A stretch of DNA of 45,654 bases from positions 1-45,654 of the forward strand of contig JAUYPR010000055.1 in NCBI GenBank assembly GCA_030695785.1, in the 5' to 3' direction. This document shows, one piece after another, positions 8,913-19,410 of this stretch. A program made the position numbers and the translations under genes. The notes beneath the pieces were generated by a model. That model had not been told where the DNA came from, made no database searches, and saw nothing but the letters and a program-made list of their open reading frames with translations. Position 1 is the stretch's first letter; each line of letters opens with the position of its first letter. The stretch is from a bacterium. Its GTDB lineage: Bacteria; Patescibacteriota; Microgenomatia; JAUYPR01.

Positions 8913-9723
8913 AAGTCTGGTCGGATTTTTCCTCGCCATCAGTCTATCGTTCATCATGGCAACACCGATTCTCGCCACCGTTGCCTCGGAGAGTGCGCGA
9001 GAACACCAATCGATTGATGCGATTCTTCCTATGCTCTTAGAGAAATATAACGTGACGACCATCCAGGCACTCCCTTGCGACAGCCTTTCCGAGGATGATT
9101 TGGAGAGGCTGGGGGATGCGTGGATGGAAACCATTCATCCTGGACAGGCGCATGAGGGAATGGATCGCATGATGGGCGGCGAAGGGTCGGAAAACCTGCG
9201 GGCCGCACACATTCAAATGGGCAGAAATTACCTGGGGTGTGACAGGTCGAGTTGGGGTGGGATGGGTGCTGGCATGATGGGCGGAGGATTCATGTCCATG
9301 ATGAACAATAGCCGATGGGCATGGCACAGCAATCGTTTCATTCCTTCTTGGTATCCAACCCCGTGGTTTTTGACAACACTTCTTTTTCTCACTATCGCGG
9401 CGGTCAGTCTCTTTCTTCTCCATCGACGTATGAGAGGGGGTGAGGAACACAACATGAAACTCGATAAAATTGTTCTTGCCAATGCGCTTGGCTTGACTGG
9501 CGCAATCTTGTGGGTCATCTGTCTTCTTTTGATCACATTATTCCCGGGATTGGTCGGTCTTGGCACACGGATGTGGTTCCACGCAATTGGGATGAGTGCG
9601 GCTCCGGCAGGAAATCTGACTATCACCGACGCTATTTTCGGCGGAATCACATTTATTGCCGCTTCGTGGCTCATCGGTTTTCTCTTCGCATGGATTTGGG
9701 AAGCGTTAAGTAAACGGGCGTAG
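8902..9723 (+). CDS. Met/Gly/His-rich exported domain fused to a DUF5676-like membrane domain
   Basis: HEGMDRMMGGEGS..HIQMG..GMGAGMMGGGFMSMM; C-terminal MKLDKIVLANALG..ICLLL..WFHAI..; SD-like GAGGGGGTGA precedes internal ATG 9454. Confidence 0.7.
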   Translation: MAHRSLVGFFLAISLSFIMATPILATVASESAREHQSIDAILPMLLEKYNVTTIQALPCDSLSEDDLERLGDAWMETIHPGQAHEGMDRMMGGEGSENLRAAHIQMGRNYLGCDRSSWGGMGAGMMGGGFMSMMNNSRWAWHSNRFIPSWYPTPWFLTTLLFLTIAAVSLFLLHRRMRGGEEHNMKLDKIVLANALGLTGAILWVICLLLITLFPGLVGLGTRMWFHAIGMSAAPAGNLTITDAIFGGITFIAASWLIGFLFAWIWEALSKRA

Positions 9724-9735
9724 GCGGAACGAACA

Positions 9736-10569
9736 ATGATACAAATTTCTCTTATTGCTGCATTTCTTGCCGGCATGGTGGCGCTTTTTGCGCCGTGTTG
9801 CATTTCGTATCTTTTGCCCGCCTATTTCGGCACCATTTTTAAAGAACGCTCGCGCGTGCTTTTGATGACGGTCGTCTATTCCCTTGGCATTTTCCTCGTC
9901 ATGCTCCCTATTGTCCTCGGAGCGCGAGCGCTTGCTCTCTTTTTCTTCCGCATCCACGACTCAACGTATCTCATTGGAAGTCTTGTGATGCTCGGGGTTG
10001 GCATCCTGTCATTGCTTGGCCTTAAACTTCCAATGCCAGCCATCGGGTTTCAACAAAAACGACCCGGAGATATTCCTTCTGTCTTCATGCTGGGCGTCTT
10101 CTCCGGCATCACGTCCGTCTGCTGTGCGCCGGTGCTCATTGGCGTGTTGACCTTGAGTAGCCTGACTCCAACGACGCTGCAGGCGTTGGGCGTGGGTGGA
10201 GCGTACGTGCTTGGCATGGTTGCGCCGCTCTATATAACGTCTCTCCTCATCTCCCGCGGGAATCTTTTGGAGCGTCCATTCTTCAAACGCCGCCTCGGCA
10301 CCATTCATTTGGCCGGACAAGCGTTTCCCCTTTTTGTTTCCAACCTCATCGCCGCAGCCATCTTCCTCATCACGGGTTCACTCATGCTATTTTTGACCCT
10401 GACAGGAAATGTCGGTATGCCAACCGACGACCGATTCACAGGCATGATCAACGCCACCGCCTTTCGGGCCACGGAGATGACGCAATCAATCCCGGGGGTC
10501 AACGTGGTGGCCGCTGTTTTGCTCGTCTTTTTCTTGGTTCGACTGCTAACGTATGTCATAAAGGAATAA
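9736..10569 (+). CDS. CcdA/DsbD-like transmembrane thiol-disulfide protein
   Basis: [22 protein letters not shown] and [13 protein letters not shown] motifs; multiple TM helices. Confidence 0.85.
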   Translation: MIQISLIAAFLAGMVALFAPCCISYLLPAYFGTIFKERSRVLLMTVVYSLGIFLVMLPIVLGARALALFFFRIHDSTYLIGSLVMLGVGILSLLGLKLPMPAIGFQQKRPGDIPSVFMLGVFSGITSVCCAPVLIGVLTLSSLTPTTLQALGVGGAYVLGMVAPLYITSLLISRGNLLERPFFKRRLGTIHLAGQAFPLFVSNLIAAAIFLITGSLMLFLTLTGNVGMPTDDRFTGMINATAFRATEMTQSIPGVNVVAAVLLVFFLVRLLTYVIKE

Positions 10570-10570
10570 T

Positions 10571-12619
10571 ATGAATGCAATGAAAACACTCTATACGTGT
10601 CCGATGGACCCAGATGTTCTGTCTGACAAACCAGGAATATGCCCAAAGTGCGGCATGGCGCTGACACCCATAGGCGGGAAACACGCCGACCATCATGGCC
10701 ACCATTCATCGATGGAGGAGGATTTCCGCAAACGGTTTTTCCTGACCCTTCCCCTGGTCATTGCGACGCTGCTTCTTTCCCCGACCATTCAACAATGGCT
10801 CCCATTTCCCTTCACCATTCCTTGGCAAGATTGGCTCGTGTTTGTGTTTGGATCTGTGGTTGTGCTGTTTGGCGGCAAGCCGTTTTTCGTGGCCGCAAAA
10901 GGAGAGCTTTCCGCCCGCAATTTTGGGATGATGACCCTGGTTGCGTTTGCCCTTACCGTCGGCTATGTCTTCTCGGTCGCGGCAACGTTGTTCTTTCCTC
11001 TAGAATCATTCTACTGGGAGCTTGCAACATTGGTGTCGGTTTTTCTCCTCGGGCATTGGCTGGAGATGCGGGCAGTGCGCGGAACCACGGGCGCGCTGGC
11101 CGAGCTGACGAAACTCCTTCCGCCGATCGCACATCTTCTCCATGATAAAGAAATCCGCGATGTCGACCTTTCAACGATCAAAAAAGGCGATCGCGTGCTT
11201 ATCCGCCCTGGAGAAAAAATCCCGATTGATGGCAATGTGGTCGAGGGAGAAAGTAGCGTGAATGAATCCATGATCACCGGCGAATCGAAACCGGTGCAGA
11301 AACGTGTTGGCGACGCCGTCATTGGCGGCTCGCTCAATGCTGACGGGTCGTTGACAATTGTGGTCACAAAAACAGGAGAGGAAACAACCATCGCGCAGAT
11401 TATACAGCTCATTGCTGATGCGCAGTCGTCCAAACCCAAGGCGCAAGAACTTGCCGATCGCGCAGCCAACATCCTGACCATTGTTGCCATCGTGGTTGGA
11501 ACAGGGACATTTGTGTATTGGATGTTTCTCTCCCCTGCTGGTGCGGTGGTTGCAGCAACATTTGCGGTCTCGGTCGTGGTCATTGCCTGTCCGCACGCGT
11601 TGGGCCTTGCGATTCCAACTGTCACCACGATTACCACCACACTCGCGGCAAAACACGGCATCCTGATCAAGAACATGAAGGGGCTCGAGGCTGCACGCAA
11701 GGTCAATGCAGTGGTGTTTGACAAAACCGGGACATTAACAACGGGGAATTTTGGCGTGGAAGGGTCGGTCGATGACAACATCCTTCGGCTGGCTGCTGCC
11801 GTCGAACAACATTCTCAGCATAGTTTAGCTCGCGGCATTGTGGAGGAAGCAAACCGACGCAACCTGACTATTCCTCCCGCGCAGCAATTTCAATCCTTTC
11901 CTGGAAAAGGAGCGCTTGCAGTTGTGGAAGGAAAACGCGTCCTTGTGGGAAACGCCGAGCTCCTCAAAGATCACCGTATCAATCCTCCATCGGATACCGA
12001 GAGAAAAGGAGCCACACCCGTCTTTGTTGTTGTTGATTCCACACCCACTGTTCTCTTTCTTTCGGACACGGTCCGGGAAGAATCCAAACAGGCCATAACA
12101 GCGCTCAAGCGCATGGGTATCCAAACCGTGATGCTCACCGGAGACACAGATGACGTGGCAAATGTCGTCGGTTCATCTCTCGACATTGACACGGTCTTTA
12201 GCCGCGTCCTCCCAGATCAAAAAGTAGACCGGGTGAAGGAACTCCAGCGCCAAGGGAAAATCGTTGCGATGGTCGGAGATGGAGTAAATGACGCGCCCAG
12301 TCTCACGCAAGCCCATGTCGGTATCGCTATCGGAAGTGGGACGGATGTGGCGGTGGAATCGGCTGACATTGTGCTGATGAAAAGCAATCCGCTGGATATC
12401 GTCACGGTCTTTACCCTTTCGCGCGCGACGAACAGAAAAATGATGCAGAATCTCTTCTGGGCAGCCGGCTACAATCTTCTTGCTATCCCAGTTGCCGCGG
12501 GACTACTGACGCCATACGGAATCATGATGCGGCCGGAATGGGCAGCGCTGTTGATGAGCATGTCCTCTGTCATTGTGGTCGCGAATGCATTGCTGTTGCG
12601 CCGCACAAAGCTCGCGTGA
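10571..12619 (+). CDS. Copper-translocating P1B-type ATPase (CPH, CopB-like) with N-terminal heavy-metal-binding motif
   Basis: YTCPMDP..CPKCGM, His-rich stretch, [31 protein letters not shown] in TM7, MSMSS in TM8. Confidence 0.95.
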   Translation: MNAMKTLYTCPMDPDVLSDKPGICPKCGMALTPIGGKHADHHGHHSSMEEDFRKRFFLTLPLVIATLLLSPTIQQWLPFPFTIPWQDWLVFVFGSVVVLFGGKPFFVAAKGELSARNFGMMTLVAFALTVGYVFSVAATLFFPLESFYWELATLVSVFLLGHWLEMRAVRGTTGALAELTKLLPPIAHLLHDKEIRDVDLSTIKKGDRVLIRPGEKIPIDGNVVEGESSVNESMITGESKPVQKRVGDAVIGGSLNADGSLTIVVTKTGEETTIAQIIQLIADAQSSKPKAQELADRAANILTIVAIVVGTGTFVYWMFLSPAGAVVAATFAVSVVVIACPHALGLAIPTVTTITTTLAAKHGILIKNMKGLEAARKVNAVVFDKTGTLTTGNFGVEGSVDDNILRLAAAVEQHSQHSLARGIVEEANRRNLTIPPAQQFQSFPGKGALAVVEGKRVLVGNAELLKDHRINPPSDTERKGATPVFVVVDSTPTVLFLSDTVREESKQAITALKRMGIQTVMLTGDTDDVANVVGSSLDIDTVFSRVLPDQKVDRVKELQRQGKIVAMVGDGVNDAPSLTQAHVGIAIGSGTDVAVESADIVLMKSNPLDIVTVFTLSRATNRKMMQNLFWAAGYNLLAIPVAAGLLTPYGIMMRPEWAALLMSMSSVIVVANALLLRRTKLA

Positions 12620-12620
12620 T

Positions 12621-13772
12621 TTATGACCCTATACACCGACTTTTCCAGGATACATCTTTCATCTTCCCACACAATGCATTCCGCTGTGCTCCGGCGTGCG
12701 GGTAATAGGCACGAATAATCCCAACCAGATCTTGCCAACACCGATCTTGACCGCCGCTGATCATCCGCCCGCAGATTTTAAATGGTAACTCGCGGTCGCC
12801 GACAGAAAAAGAGGCTTTCGCGTTGGATGCAATACATGCTTCATCCCACGGCTTGGGCAAAAGCCCGCACATTCGGAACGTCTCATCCATGCTTCCTTTG
12901 GTCAATGGGTGAATCTGGCGGCTAAGGCCGTCAAAACAGGTTTCTTGGTGCTCTTTATCTTGGATGGTTTGACAAATCGATGCAACGTTGGAAAGGTCGC
13001 CGTGAAATCGTTGGTATAAAAGGCTTGGCTGGTTTGACCAGCATCCCTTGATGTATTTTGAGGCGATGCGGGAATCGTTGCAGGGGTAATACGGATCGTC
13101 ATCTTTGACCCACCGATCCGGTGCCGGCTTTCCGCCACCATGGACCGCCCAAACATTTTCCATAAACGCGCCATCATAACAATTATAGACGGGAAAATTT
13201 TTCGATTTTGTCGTCAGCTCATCACACATGGAAAGCGATGTCGTGAGATTCACATACCCGACCCACGCTAAGAATCCGTGTCCGATCGCATGCGAACACT
13301 GAATAGCAACATGTTCACCGCTCTTCCAACATTGCTCCATGACTCCTACAAGCGCATCCATTCCCCCATCGCCCACGGCGTCGATCACAAACCCGTGATA
13401 GCAAGAAGAAAGAAAATAATCCTTGCACTTTCCTAGCCCCGATGTTCCTTCATGAACATAAAGCCACTCTCCAACTGTGTGGTTCAAAAGGTGCGTCTGC
13501 CCGTCGAACGGCAGCCCTGAATTTTGCAGCGCTTCTTGCGCCTCCTCCACTCCCACGCGCTCGATAAGGGCTTTGTAGCGTGCAACTTGCACCTCGAGAC
13601 TATTCGTGTTTTGGATGATCGCAAGAATTTCTGGTGGAGAACCGGCAGATTCCAGTGTTGGCGGCGGAAAAGGACGCTCCATCGGTTTACCCCCAAGCCC
13701 GAATCGTACACTGACGAGACCAGCCAAGAGAAGAATAATTGCTCCAAAAAGAAGGATGAGCTTTGCTCGCAT
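12621..13772 (-). CDS. Exported Cys/His-rich repeat protein, paralog of the C-terminal domain of 2951..4393
   Basis: N-terminal TM; HLLNHTVG, CYHG, CSHAIGHG, CYDGAFMEN, DPYYPCN, CWSNQP. Confidence 0.8.
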   Translation of the reverse strand: MRAKLILLFGAIILLLAGLVSVRFGLGGKPMERPFPPPTLESAGSPPEILAIIQNTNSLEVQVARYKALIERVGVEEAQEALQNSGLPFDGQTHLLNHTVGEWLYVHEGTSGLGKCKDYFLSSCYHGFVIDAVGDGGMDALVGVMEQCWKSGEHVAIQCSHAIGHGFLAWVGYVNLTTSLSMCDELTTKSKNFPVYNCYDGAFMENVWAVHGGGKPAPDRWVKDDDPYYPCNDSRIASKYIKGCWSNQPSLLYQRFHGDLSNVASICQTIQDKEHQETCFDGLSRQIHPLTKGSMDETFRMCGLLPKPWDEACIASNAKASFSVGDRELPFKICGRMISGGQDRCWQDLVGIIRAYYPHAGAQRNALCGKMKDVSWKSRCIGS

Positions 13773-13780
13773 CGTTTGTT

Positions 13781-13842
13781 AGTGTATCATTTTCAGCGGG
13801 TTATGCCCGCGCGGGAAAAGTGCGGGAATTATGCGGGAATTA
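13781..13842 (-). promoter_or_regulatory. -10 element with three 11-bp-phased direct repeats upstream
   Basis: TGaTACACT on the minus strand ending at 13781; GCGGGAA at 13811, 13822 and 13833 (TGCGGGAATTA twice exact). Confidence 0.55.
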
Positions 13843-13894
13843 AGTTTGTGGAAAGGTTCTTCTAGACACAGGTCTGTTACCATAAGAATCTCAC

Positions 13895-14095
13895 ATGGTG
13901 CCGTATTTAAACAACCGGCAGATTGATCGTCTATCTGAATTTGTCGCAAACTTGGGTCTCGTGTTCATTGCTGGAGTTGTAACGCCGCTATTTTCCGAGA
14001 AAGAGTCCATCAATCTTTTCTCTCTGATGTTAGGAGTTGTTCTTATGGGATCTGCTCTCTGCATGAGTATGATATTATTGAGGGGGAAGAGATGA
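13895..14095 (+). CDS. Small two-TM membrane protein
   Basis: 66 aa, RLSEFVANLGLVFIAGVVTPLF; two hydrophobic segments. Confidence 0.65.
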   Translation: MVPYLNNRQIDRLSEFVANLGLVFIAGVVTPLFSEKESINLFSLMLGVVLMGSALCMSMILLRGKR

Positions 14096-14214
14096 ATATT
14101 GTCATCGGACCACTCGAAGCATTTTACATTGCTGGTGCCATTGCACTTCTCGCCGTTGCGATTATTGTTTATCCAACCCTACGCCAAAACCTCAAACAGT
14201 CATCGAGGCGGTAA
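14092..14214 (+). CDS. 40-aa single-TM microprotein (not in the ORF track)
   Basis: ATGA overlap with upstream stop; MNIVIGPLEAFYIAGAIALLAVAIIVYPTLRQNLKQSSRR*. Confidence 0.6.
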   Translation: MNIVIGPLEAFYIAGAIALLAVAIIVYPTLRQNLKQSSRR

Positions 14215-14252
14215 CATCGAAATCATCTATCTTCTATGCTAGGATAGTTTTT

Positions 14253-14924
14253 ATGTTCGTTTACCTTACCCTGGTTGGATTGTTTTTCCTTTGCTGGCTC
14301 TTCTTTTTTCTCTCAAGAAAAGATCTCCGAACTGAAATGCTTGTATCAAGCATCGTTGTGTGGCTCTTTGCTTTTTTCGACTATCTCGCACAACCACAAT
14401 ATTGGCATCCTCCAACATTTTTCTCCATTCCTATAGGAATTGAAGGTTTTCTTTTTGCATTCTGCTTCAGCGGAATCGCTGCGGTCATCTATGAAGAAAT
14501 TGCCGGGAAGCGACTTCGAAAAATTCGTGAGCAGAATGCCACGAAAATTATTCATTGGCTCATTGCAGTCTTTATCCTTTTTGCATCACTGATAGGATCC
14601 TTTCTGTTTCACATCAATATCATGCTCACACTGGTTCCGTTATTAGCGGTCGGCGCTGTACTCATCGGTCTTACACGACCCGACCTCCGACTTCCAATGA
14701 TATATTCAGGCCTTACGTTCGGACTTCTTTATGGTCTCCTTTTCTTTCTTTGGATGACAATTTTCCCAACATCTCAACAGTGGTGGAATCTTGAAATTTT
14801 TTGGTGGCTGACGATTGGCGGAGTTCCCTTGGGCGAAGTGCTGTTTGGATTCGCGTTTGGCGCATTTTGGGGTCCGTTGTATGAGTTTTTATTCGGATAC
14901 AGGCTCGTTCGGAACAGAACTTAA
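14253..14924 (+). CDS. Lycopene-cyclase-domain-like integral membrane protein
   Basis: Two internal repeats (DY..YW..GIEGFLFAF / WW..GVPLGEVLFGF), about 6 TM helices. Confidence 0.65.
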   Translation: MFVYLTLVGLFFLCWLFFFLSRKDLRTEMLVSSIVVWLFAFFDYLAQPQYWHPPTFFSIPIGIEGFLFAFCFSGIAAVIYEEIAGKRLRKIREQNATKIIHWLIAVFILFASLIGSFLFHINIMLTLVPLLAVGAVLIGLTRPDLRLPMIYSGLTFGLLYGLLFFLWMTIFPTSQQWWNLEIFWWLTIGGVPLGEVLFGFAFGAFWGPLYEFLFGYRLVRNRT

Positions 14925-14977
14925 AAATCCACGCCTTGCACTTGACATATAAAATTTTATATAGTACTCTATGTAGT

Positions 14978-15253
14978 ATGAATACACTTATGCCTTATAC
15001 AGTTCCTGTATCTGACATCCAAAAAAACTATCGGAAGGTTTTTGACTGGGCAAAAAGGACGAAAAAACCTGTGATTGTTTTGACTCATAATAAGCCTGAT
15101 GTGGCAATTATTGATTATGATGAGTTGGAAATGTTAAGAAAAGTCGCGTATGAAGTAGAAATACAAGATACACTCAGTGCAGTAGAAGAAGGGAGAAGGG
15201 AATACAAACAAGGCAGGACGATGAAGGCAAACTCTCTTGCTGATCTCATTTGA
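14978..15253 (+). CDS. Phd/YefM-family antitoxin
   Basis: VPVSDIQKNYRKVFD..KPVIVLTHNKPDVAIIDYDE; promoter TTGACA(14942)-N17-TACTCT places the start at ATG 14978. Confidence 0.85.
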   Translation: MNTLMPYTVPVSDIQKNYRKVFDWAKRTKKPVIVLTHNKPDVAIIDYDELEMLRKVAYEVEIQDTLSAVEEGRREYKQGRTMKANSLADLI

Positions 15254-15522
15254 TGACACACCTTCAAGTAGAGTACTCCAGTCGCTTTGTTAAACAGTTG
15301 AAGAAACTGACGCCCCAAAAACAAAAACAGGCGATTCAGGCAGAGAAATTATTTAAAAAAGACCCATTTTCTCAAACATTGAAAGCCCATAAACTTCGTG
15401 GTCGGTTAGAGGGTCTCTGGGCATTTTCCATCAACGAGAAGGAGAGGATCATATTTGAATTTTTAGGGAAAGAGAAGGTTCTATTCTACAAAATTGGTAG
15501 CCACGATATCTACAAGGTATAG
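15250..15522 (+). CDS. RelE/YafQ-family mRNA interferase toxin
   Basis: YSSRFVKQLKKL..HKLRGRLEGLWAFSI..RIIF..IGSHDIY. Confidence 0.88.
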   Translation: MMTHLQVEYSSRFVKQLKKLTPQKQKQAIQAEKLFKKDPFSQTLKAHKLRGRLEGLWAFSINEKERIIFEFLGKEKVLFYKIGSHDIYKV

Positions 15523-15548
15523 AAAGTCTGTTTACACTCCTGCGGGAA

Positions 15549-16082
15549 TTAAAAATCGATCCCCTTGGTTGCTTGGCGGCCGGTTGAAAATGGGTGTTTG
15601 ATTTCTTTCATTTCCGTGACAAGATCGGCGCGGGCAACAAGCCATTTCGGCGCATGCCGGCCGGTCAAAACCAGGTGCGTCGGTTCTGGCTTCTGACGCA
15701 GGATTGACTCAACATCTTTCCGCATCACCAAACGGCCTCGGAGCGCTCCTAACAGTTCGTCCAGGATGACGAGTTGGTATGTTTCGTCTCCAAGAACATC
15801 TCCCACTTTCTTCAGGGCATATTGGGCCTTTTTTCGATGGACGTCGCGGGGTTTTTTGTCGCCCATGATACCGACAAATCCACTGCCCAATGCTTCTATA
15901 TGAATATTCTTGAGATTCTTTCGAATGACGGCTCGCTCGCCTGACGGCCAGGCTTCCTCTTTCACGAATTGCAAAACAGCAACCTTCCACCCATAGCCAG
16001 ATGCCCGCAGCGCCATACCGAGGGCGGCCGTGGTTTTCCCTTTCCCGTTTCCTGTATAGACAATGAGGAGGCCGTGGTCCAT
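15549..16082 (-). CDS. cobO: Cob(I)alamin adenosyltransferase (CobA/CobO/BtuR family)
   Basis: YTGNGKGKTTAALGMALRA, QFVK, LDEL, VLTGR, ADLVTEMKEIKHPF, GIDF. Confidence 0.93.
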   Translation of the reverse strand: MDHGLLIVYTGNGKGKTTAALGMALRASGYGWKVAVLQFVKEEAWPSGERAVIRKNLKNIHIEALGSGFVGIMGDKKPRDVHRKKAQYALKKVGDVLGDETYQLVILDELLGALRGRLVMRKDVESILRQKPEPTHLVLTGRHAPKWLVARADLVTEMKEIKHPFSTGRQATKGIDF

Positions 16083-16087
16083 GCGGA

Positions 16088-17206
16088 TTACGTGGCAAGC
16101 TCGAGGTAATCTTTGAGTTTTTTACTCCGGGTTGGATGCCGCAGTTTGCGAATGGCTTTTGCTTCAATTTGGCGAATCCGCTCGCGCGTTACCCCAAATT
16201 CTCTCCCGACTTCTTCCAATGTCCGCGCCTTCCCGTCCTGCAAACCGAAACGCAGCTGCAGAACCTTTCGCTCCCGATCTGACAGCGTCCCCAAAACTTC
16301 TTCCACTTGATTCTTTAAAAGCTCTTGCGCGGCTTTTTCATCCGGCGACAAATCTGACGTCGGCACAAAATCTGAAAGGTGGCTGTCCTCTTCTTCCCCC
16401 ACCGGCGTTTCCAGTGAAGCCGGTTCTTGCGACACTTTGATAATCTCCCGAATTTTCGACACATCCACCTCCATGGCTTTGGCGACTTCCTCTGGGAGCG
16501 GTTCGCGCCCCAACTCCTGCATGAGCCGGCGGGAGATACGGACAAACCGATTAATCGTCTCCACCATGTGAACCGGGATGCGGATGGTCCGGGCCTGGTC
16601 GGCAATCGCGCGTGTAATGGCTTGGCGAATCCACCAGGTTGCATACGTCGAAAACTTATACCCCCGCTTGTAATCAAACTTTTCAACCGCTCGGATTAAT
16701 CCCTGATTGCCTTCTTGAATCAGGTCCAAAAGTGTGAGCCCACGGCCGACATATTTTTTTGCAATCGAGACGACTAAGCGTAAATTCGCTTCAATCAGCG
16801 CGCGTTTTGCCTGAAGACTCCCAGCTTCAATGCGTTTGGCTAAATCAACTTCCTGCTCATAGGTTAAAAGCGAAATGCGGCCAATTTCCCGGAGATATTG
16901 GCGAACCGGGTCGGTGACAAATTTGTCTCCCACTGTTACCAAGAGCTCGAGTTCTTTCGCAAGGTCGGAAGAAATCTCTAAATCCTGCTCCGCCTCCTCG
17001 GCATTCACGTCAAACACGTCCACGCCGAGTACTAAAAGCCTTTCGTACATCTCATCCAGTTCCTGCAAATGCAGTTCCGCGCGGGGGAATGCCTGGAGTA
17101 CGTCGTCTTGCGTCAAAAACCCTCCCCGTTTCCCCTTTTCGATCAGGGAGCGGATCTTCTCTTTCTGGGTTTTCGGCAATGATGGTTTTGTTTTTTTGGT
17201 GGCCAT
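16088..17206 (-). CDS. rpoD: Primary RNA polymerase sigma factor
   Basis: [73 protein letters not shown]. Confidence 0.98.
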   Translation of the reverse strand: MATKKTKPSLPKTQKEKIRSLIEKGKRGGFLTQDDVLQAFPRAELHLQELDEMYERLLVLGVDVFDVNAEEAEQDLEISSDLAKELELLVTVGDKFVTDPVRQYLREIGRISLLTYEQEVDLAKRIEAGSLQAKRALIEANLRLVVSIAKKYVGRGLTLLDLIQEGNQGLIRAVEKFDYKRGYKFSTYATWWIRQAITRAIADQARTIRIPVHMVETINRFVRISRRLMQELGREPLPEEVAKAMEVDVSKIREIIKVSQEPASLETPVGEEEDSHLSDFVPTSDLSPDEKAAQELLKNQVEEVLGTLSDRERKVLQLRFGLQDGKARTLEEVGREFGVTRERIRQIEAKAIRKLRHPTRSKKLKDYLELAT

Positions 17207-17211
17207 GGGAT

Positions 17212-18963
17212 TTATGGATAAAGCTCTTGCAGATCTTGGGTTAAATGTGAAAGCTCCGTTTCATACGATTCAATCTGGTCCATTTCCTTCCTCGCTTGGG
17301 CAATTTTTAAAAGGCGGGACGTTTCCCGCAATTGCCTGCGGATGCGGGCGTGCCGCAGCGATCGTTTGATCAGTCTAAGTTCCCGCTCGCGATCCAAATC
17401 CTCTGAGATTTCTGCAAACACCAACGGCTGTACAACTTTCCGCATGGTTAGCGGAAGATGCTTCAGCACGTCTTCAGCATCTCGTTCATTATACTCCTGG
17501 AGTTGGGAAAAAAGCAACGCAAAAACAGCCTTCCCGGTTGTGGTGACAAAATCCATTTCGGCGATACCCTCAAGATCGCTTTTCTTCACACTCTTCCCCA
17601 AGAAGAGAACGGTAAAAAAATACTGCTCGCGCTTCGGGAGCGAAAAGGCTCGGCCGGGAGGCACTGGAGGGGCCGCAATGTCGACACGCCTGGGTTGGCG
17701 GAGACGTGCAAGCTCTTGTTTGACGACGCCAAGGTCGACACCGACAAGGGTGGCGAATCGCTCCACAATCAATGTCTGTTCAATTCTATTCTCAATGCCC
17801 GCGAGAACTGGGAGAAACGCTTCAACCGCGCGCCGTTTTTGGGTTGGATTCTCCAGTTGAAACTGACTGACTATTGTTTCCATCCAAAAGTCATAAATGC
17901 CTTGCGCGTGGCCAAGGCAGACTGTCAACGTCCCTGGCCGGGCACGAATATAGTCAGCCGGATCCAACCCATCCGGAAGCGATACAACAGAGATCCCAAG
18001 CCCCAACGCATGCGCCCGCTCAATGCCCCGCAGGGTCGCACTTGTGCCGGCCACATCCGGATCAAAACAAACAATCGCTTCATGCGTATATCGCTTCAAA
18101 AGCTGAATTTGGTCATCGGTCAGCGCCGTCCCTTTTACCGCAACTGTCCACTTCACGCCATCCTGATACGCCATCAGCATATCCATTTCCCCCTCCACTA
18201 ATACTGCGTTTTTTGCCGTCCGGATGTCCTGTTTTGTTTGGTCGAGCCCAAACAGGGTTCGACCCTTGGTAAACACCGGTGTTTCAGGGGAATTGACGTA
18301 TTTCGCGCTTTCTTCCGTCAGCGTCCGGCCGGCAAATCCAACCACGTTGCCGTGGATATCACGCAAAGGAAACATTACGCGCCCCCGGAACCGGTCGTAC
18401 GGCCTGCCTCGATCACTCGGTACCAACAGCCCTGCTTGCAGCAGTTCGTCCGAAGAAAACCCCTTTGTTTGTAAAAACTTGCTGGTTGCATCCCATGAAT
18501 TTGGCGCATAGCCAAGCTGGAATGTCTGGATGGTCTCATCCAAAAGCCCCCGTTCCGATAGGTACGCGCGGCCGCGTCTTCCGGTTTCGTGCTGGGTCAG
18601 CAGGTAGTGGAAGTAGGATTGCGCAAGGCTGTTGGCCGCTAGAATCCGTTCTTTGATGCTCGTGCTTTCAAATTGAATGTTCCTGCTCTGAATCTCGATA
18701 CCAACCCGCGCGCCCAGGGTACGCATGGCTTCAGGGAAATCCATCCCTTCTATCTCCATAAGAAATGAAAACGAGTCGCCGCCTTTCGAACACCCAAAAC
18801 AGTGCCAACTTTGCCGGTCGGGTGAGACCATAAACGAGGGGGTTTTTTCGGTGTGGAAAGGACAGAGTCCTTTAAAGTTTTTGCCCGCTTTCTTCAGCTT
18901 CACATATTCGCCGACCAGCTCGACGATATCAACTTTTGCCTTAATTTCGTCTTTTGGATCCAT
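17212..18963 (-). CDS. dnaG: DNA primase
   Basis: [16 protein letters not shown] zinc finger, [24 protein letters not shown], Toprim domain. Confidence 0.97.
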   Translation of the reverse strand: MDPKDEIKAKVDIVELVGEYVKLKKAGKNFKGLCPFHTEKTPSFMVSPDRQSWHCFGCSKGGDSFSFLMEIEGMDFPEAMRTLGARVGIEIQSRNIQFESTSIKERILAANSLAQSYFHYLLTQHETGRRGRAYLSERGLLDETIQTFQLGYAPNSWDATSKFLQTKGFSSDELLQAGLLVPSDRGRPYDRFRGRVMFPLRDIHGNVVGFAGRTLTEESAKYVNSPETPVFTKGRTLFGLDQTKQDIRTAKNAVLVEGEMDMLMAYQDGVKWTVAVKGTALTDDQIQLLKRYTHEAIVCFDPDVAGTSATLRGIERAHALGLGISVVSLPDGLDPADYIRARPGTLTVCLGHAQGIYDFWMETIVSQFQLENPTQKRRAVEAFLPVLAGIENRIEQTLIVERFATLVGVDLGVVKQELARLRQPRRVDIAAPPVPPGRAFSLPKREQYFFTVLFLGKSVKKSDLEGIAEMDFVTTTGKAVFALLFSQLQEYNERDAEDVLKHLPLTMRKVVQPLVFAEISEDLDRERELRLIKRSLRHARIRRQLRETSRLLKIAQARKEMDQIESYETELSHLTQDLQELYP

Positions 18964-18982
18964 GCCGCCATTGTAGCACGCG

Positions 18983-19408
18983 CTACCTGATATGTTTCAG
19001 CAGGGCCTTCAGTGTGTCCGCCGCATCATACGACGGGGATTGAAATGCTTCTGCGGTTACCCAGTGGTGTTCGGTGATGTTTTCCTTTGCCGGATTTTTT
19101 GTAAGGTCAACCTCGGTGTTTGTTGATTGGCACTGAAACGCCAGCGCGACAATCTGCATGCCATCGCCTTCGCGGATGAACCAGTAGTACCCGATACATC
19201 TTTCAACGTCGACGTCTAACCCCACTTCTTCTTTCACCTCGCGGAGTACTGTTTCTTCCGCCGACTCGCCGTATTCAATTTTTCCACCCGGAAGATCCCA
19301 AATATCTTTTCCATCAATGACTTCTTTGATCACTAAAAATCGACCGTCCTTCAAAATCAAGGCCTTTGCAGCCGGCCGGATGCGCGGTTCTGGTGTGCTC
19401 ATCCCCAT
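18983..19408 (-). CDS. NUDIX hydrolase
   Basis: Nudix box LPGGKIEYGESAEETVLREVKEEVGL. Confidence 0.92.
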   Translation of the reverse strand: MGMSTPEPRIRPAAKALILKDGRFLVIKEVIDGKDIWDLPGGKIEYGESAEETVLREVKEEVGLDVDVERCIGYYWFIREGDGMQIVALAFQCQSTNTEVDLTKNPAKENITEHHWVTAEAFQSPSYDAADTLKALLKHIR

Positions 19409-19410
19409 GG

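Noticed and set aside
12621..13772. Multiheme cytochrome c call for the Cys/His-rich proteins
   Set aside because: No CxxCH motifs; the pattern is CxH / HxxGH.
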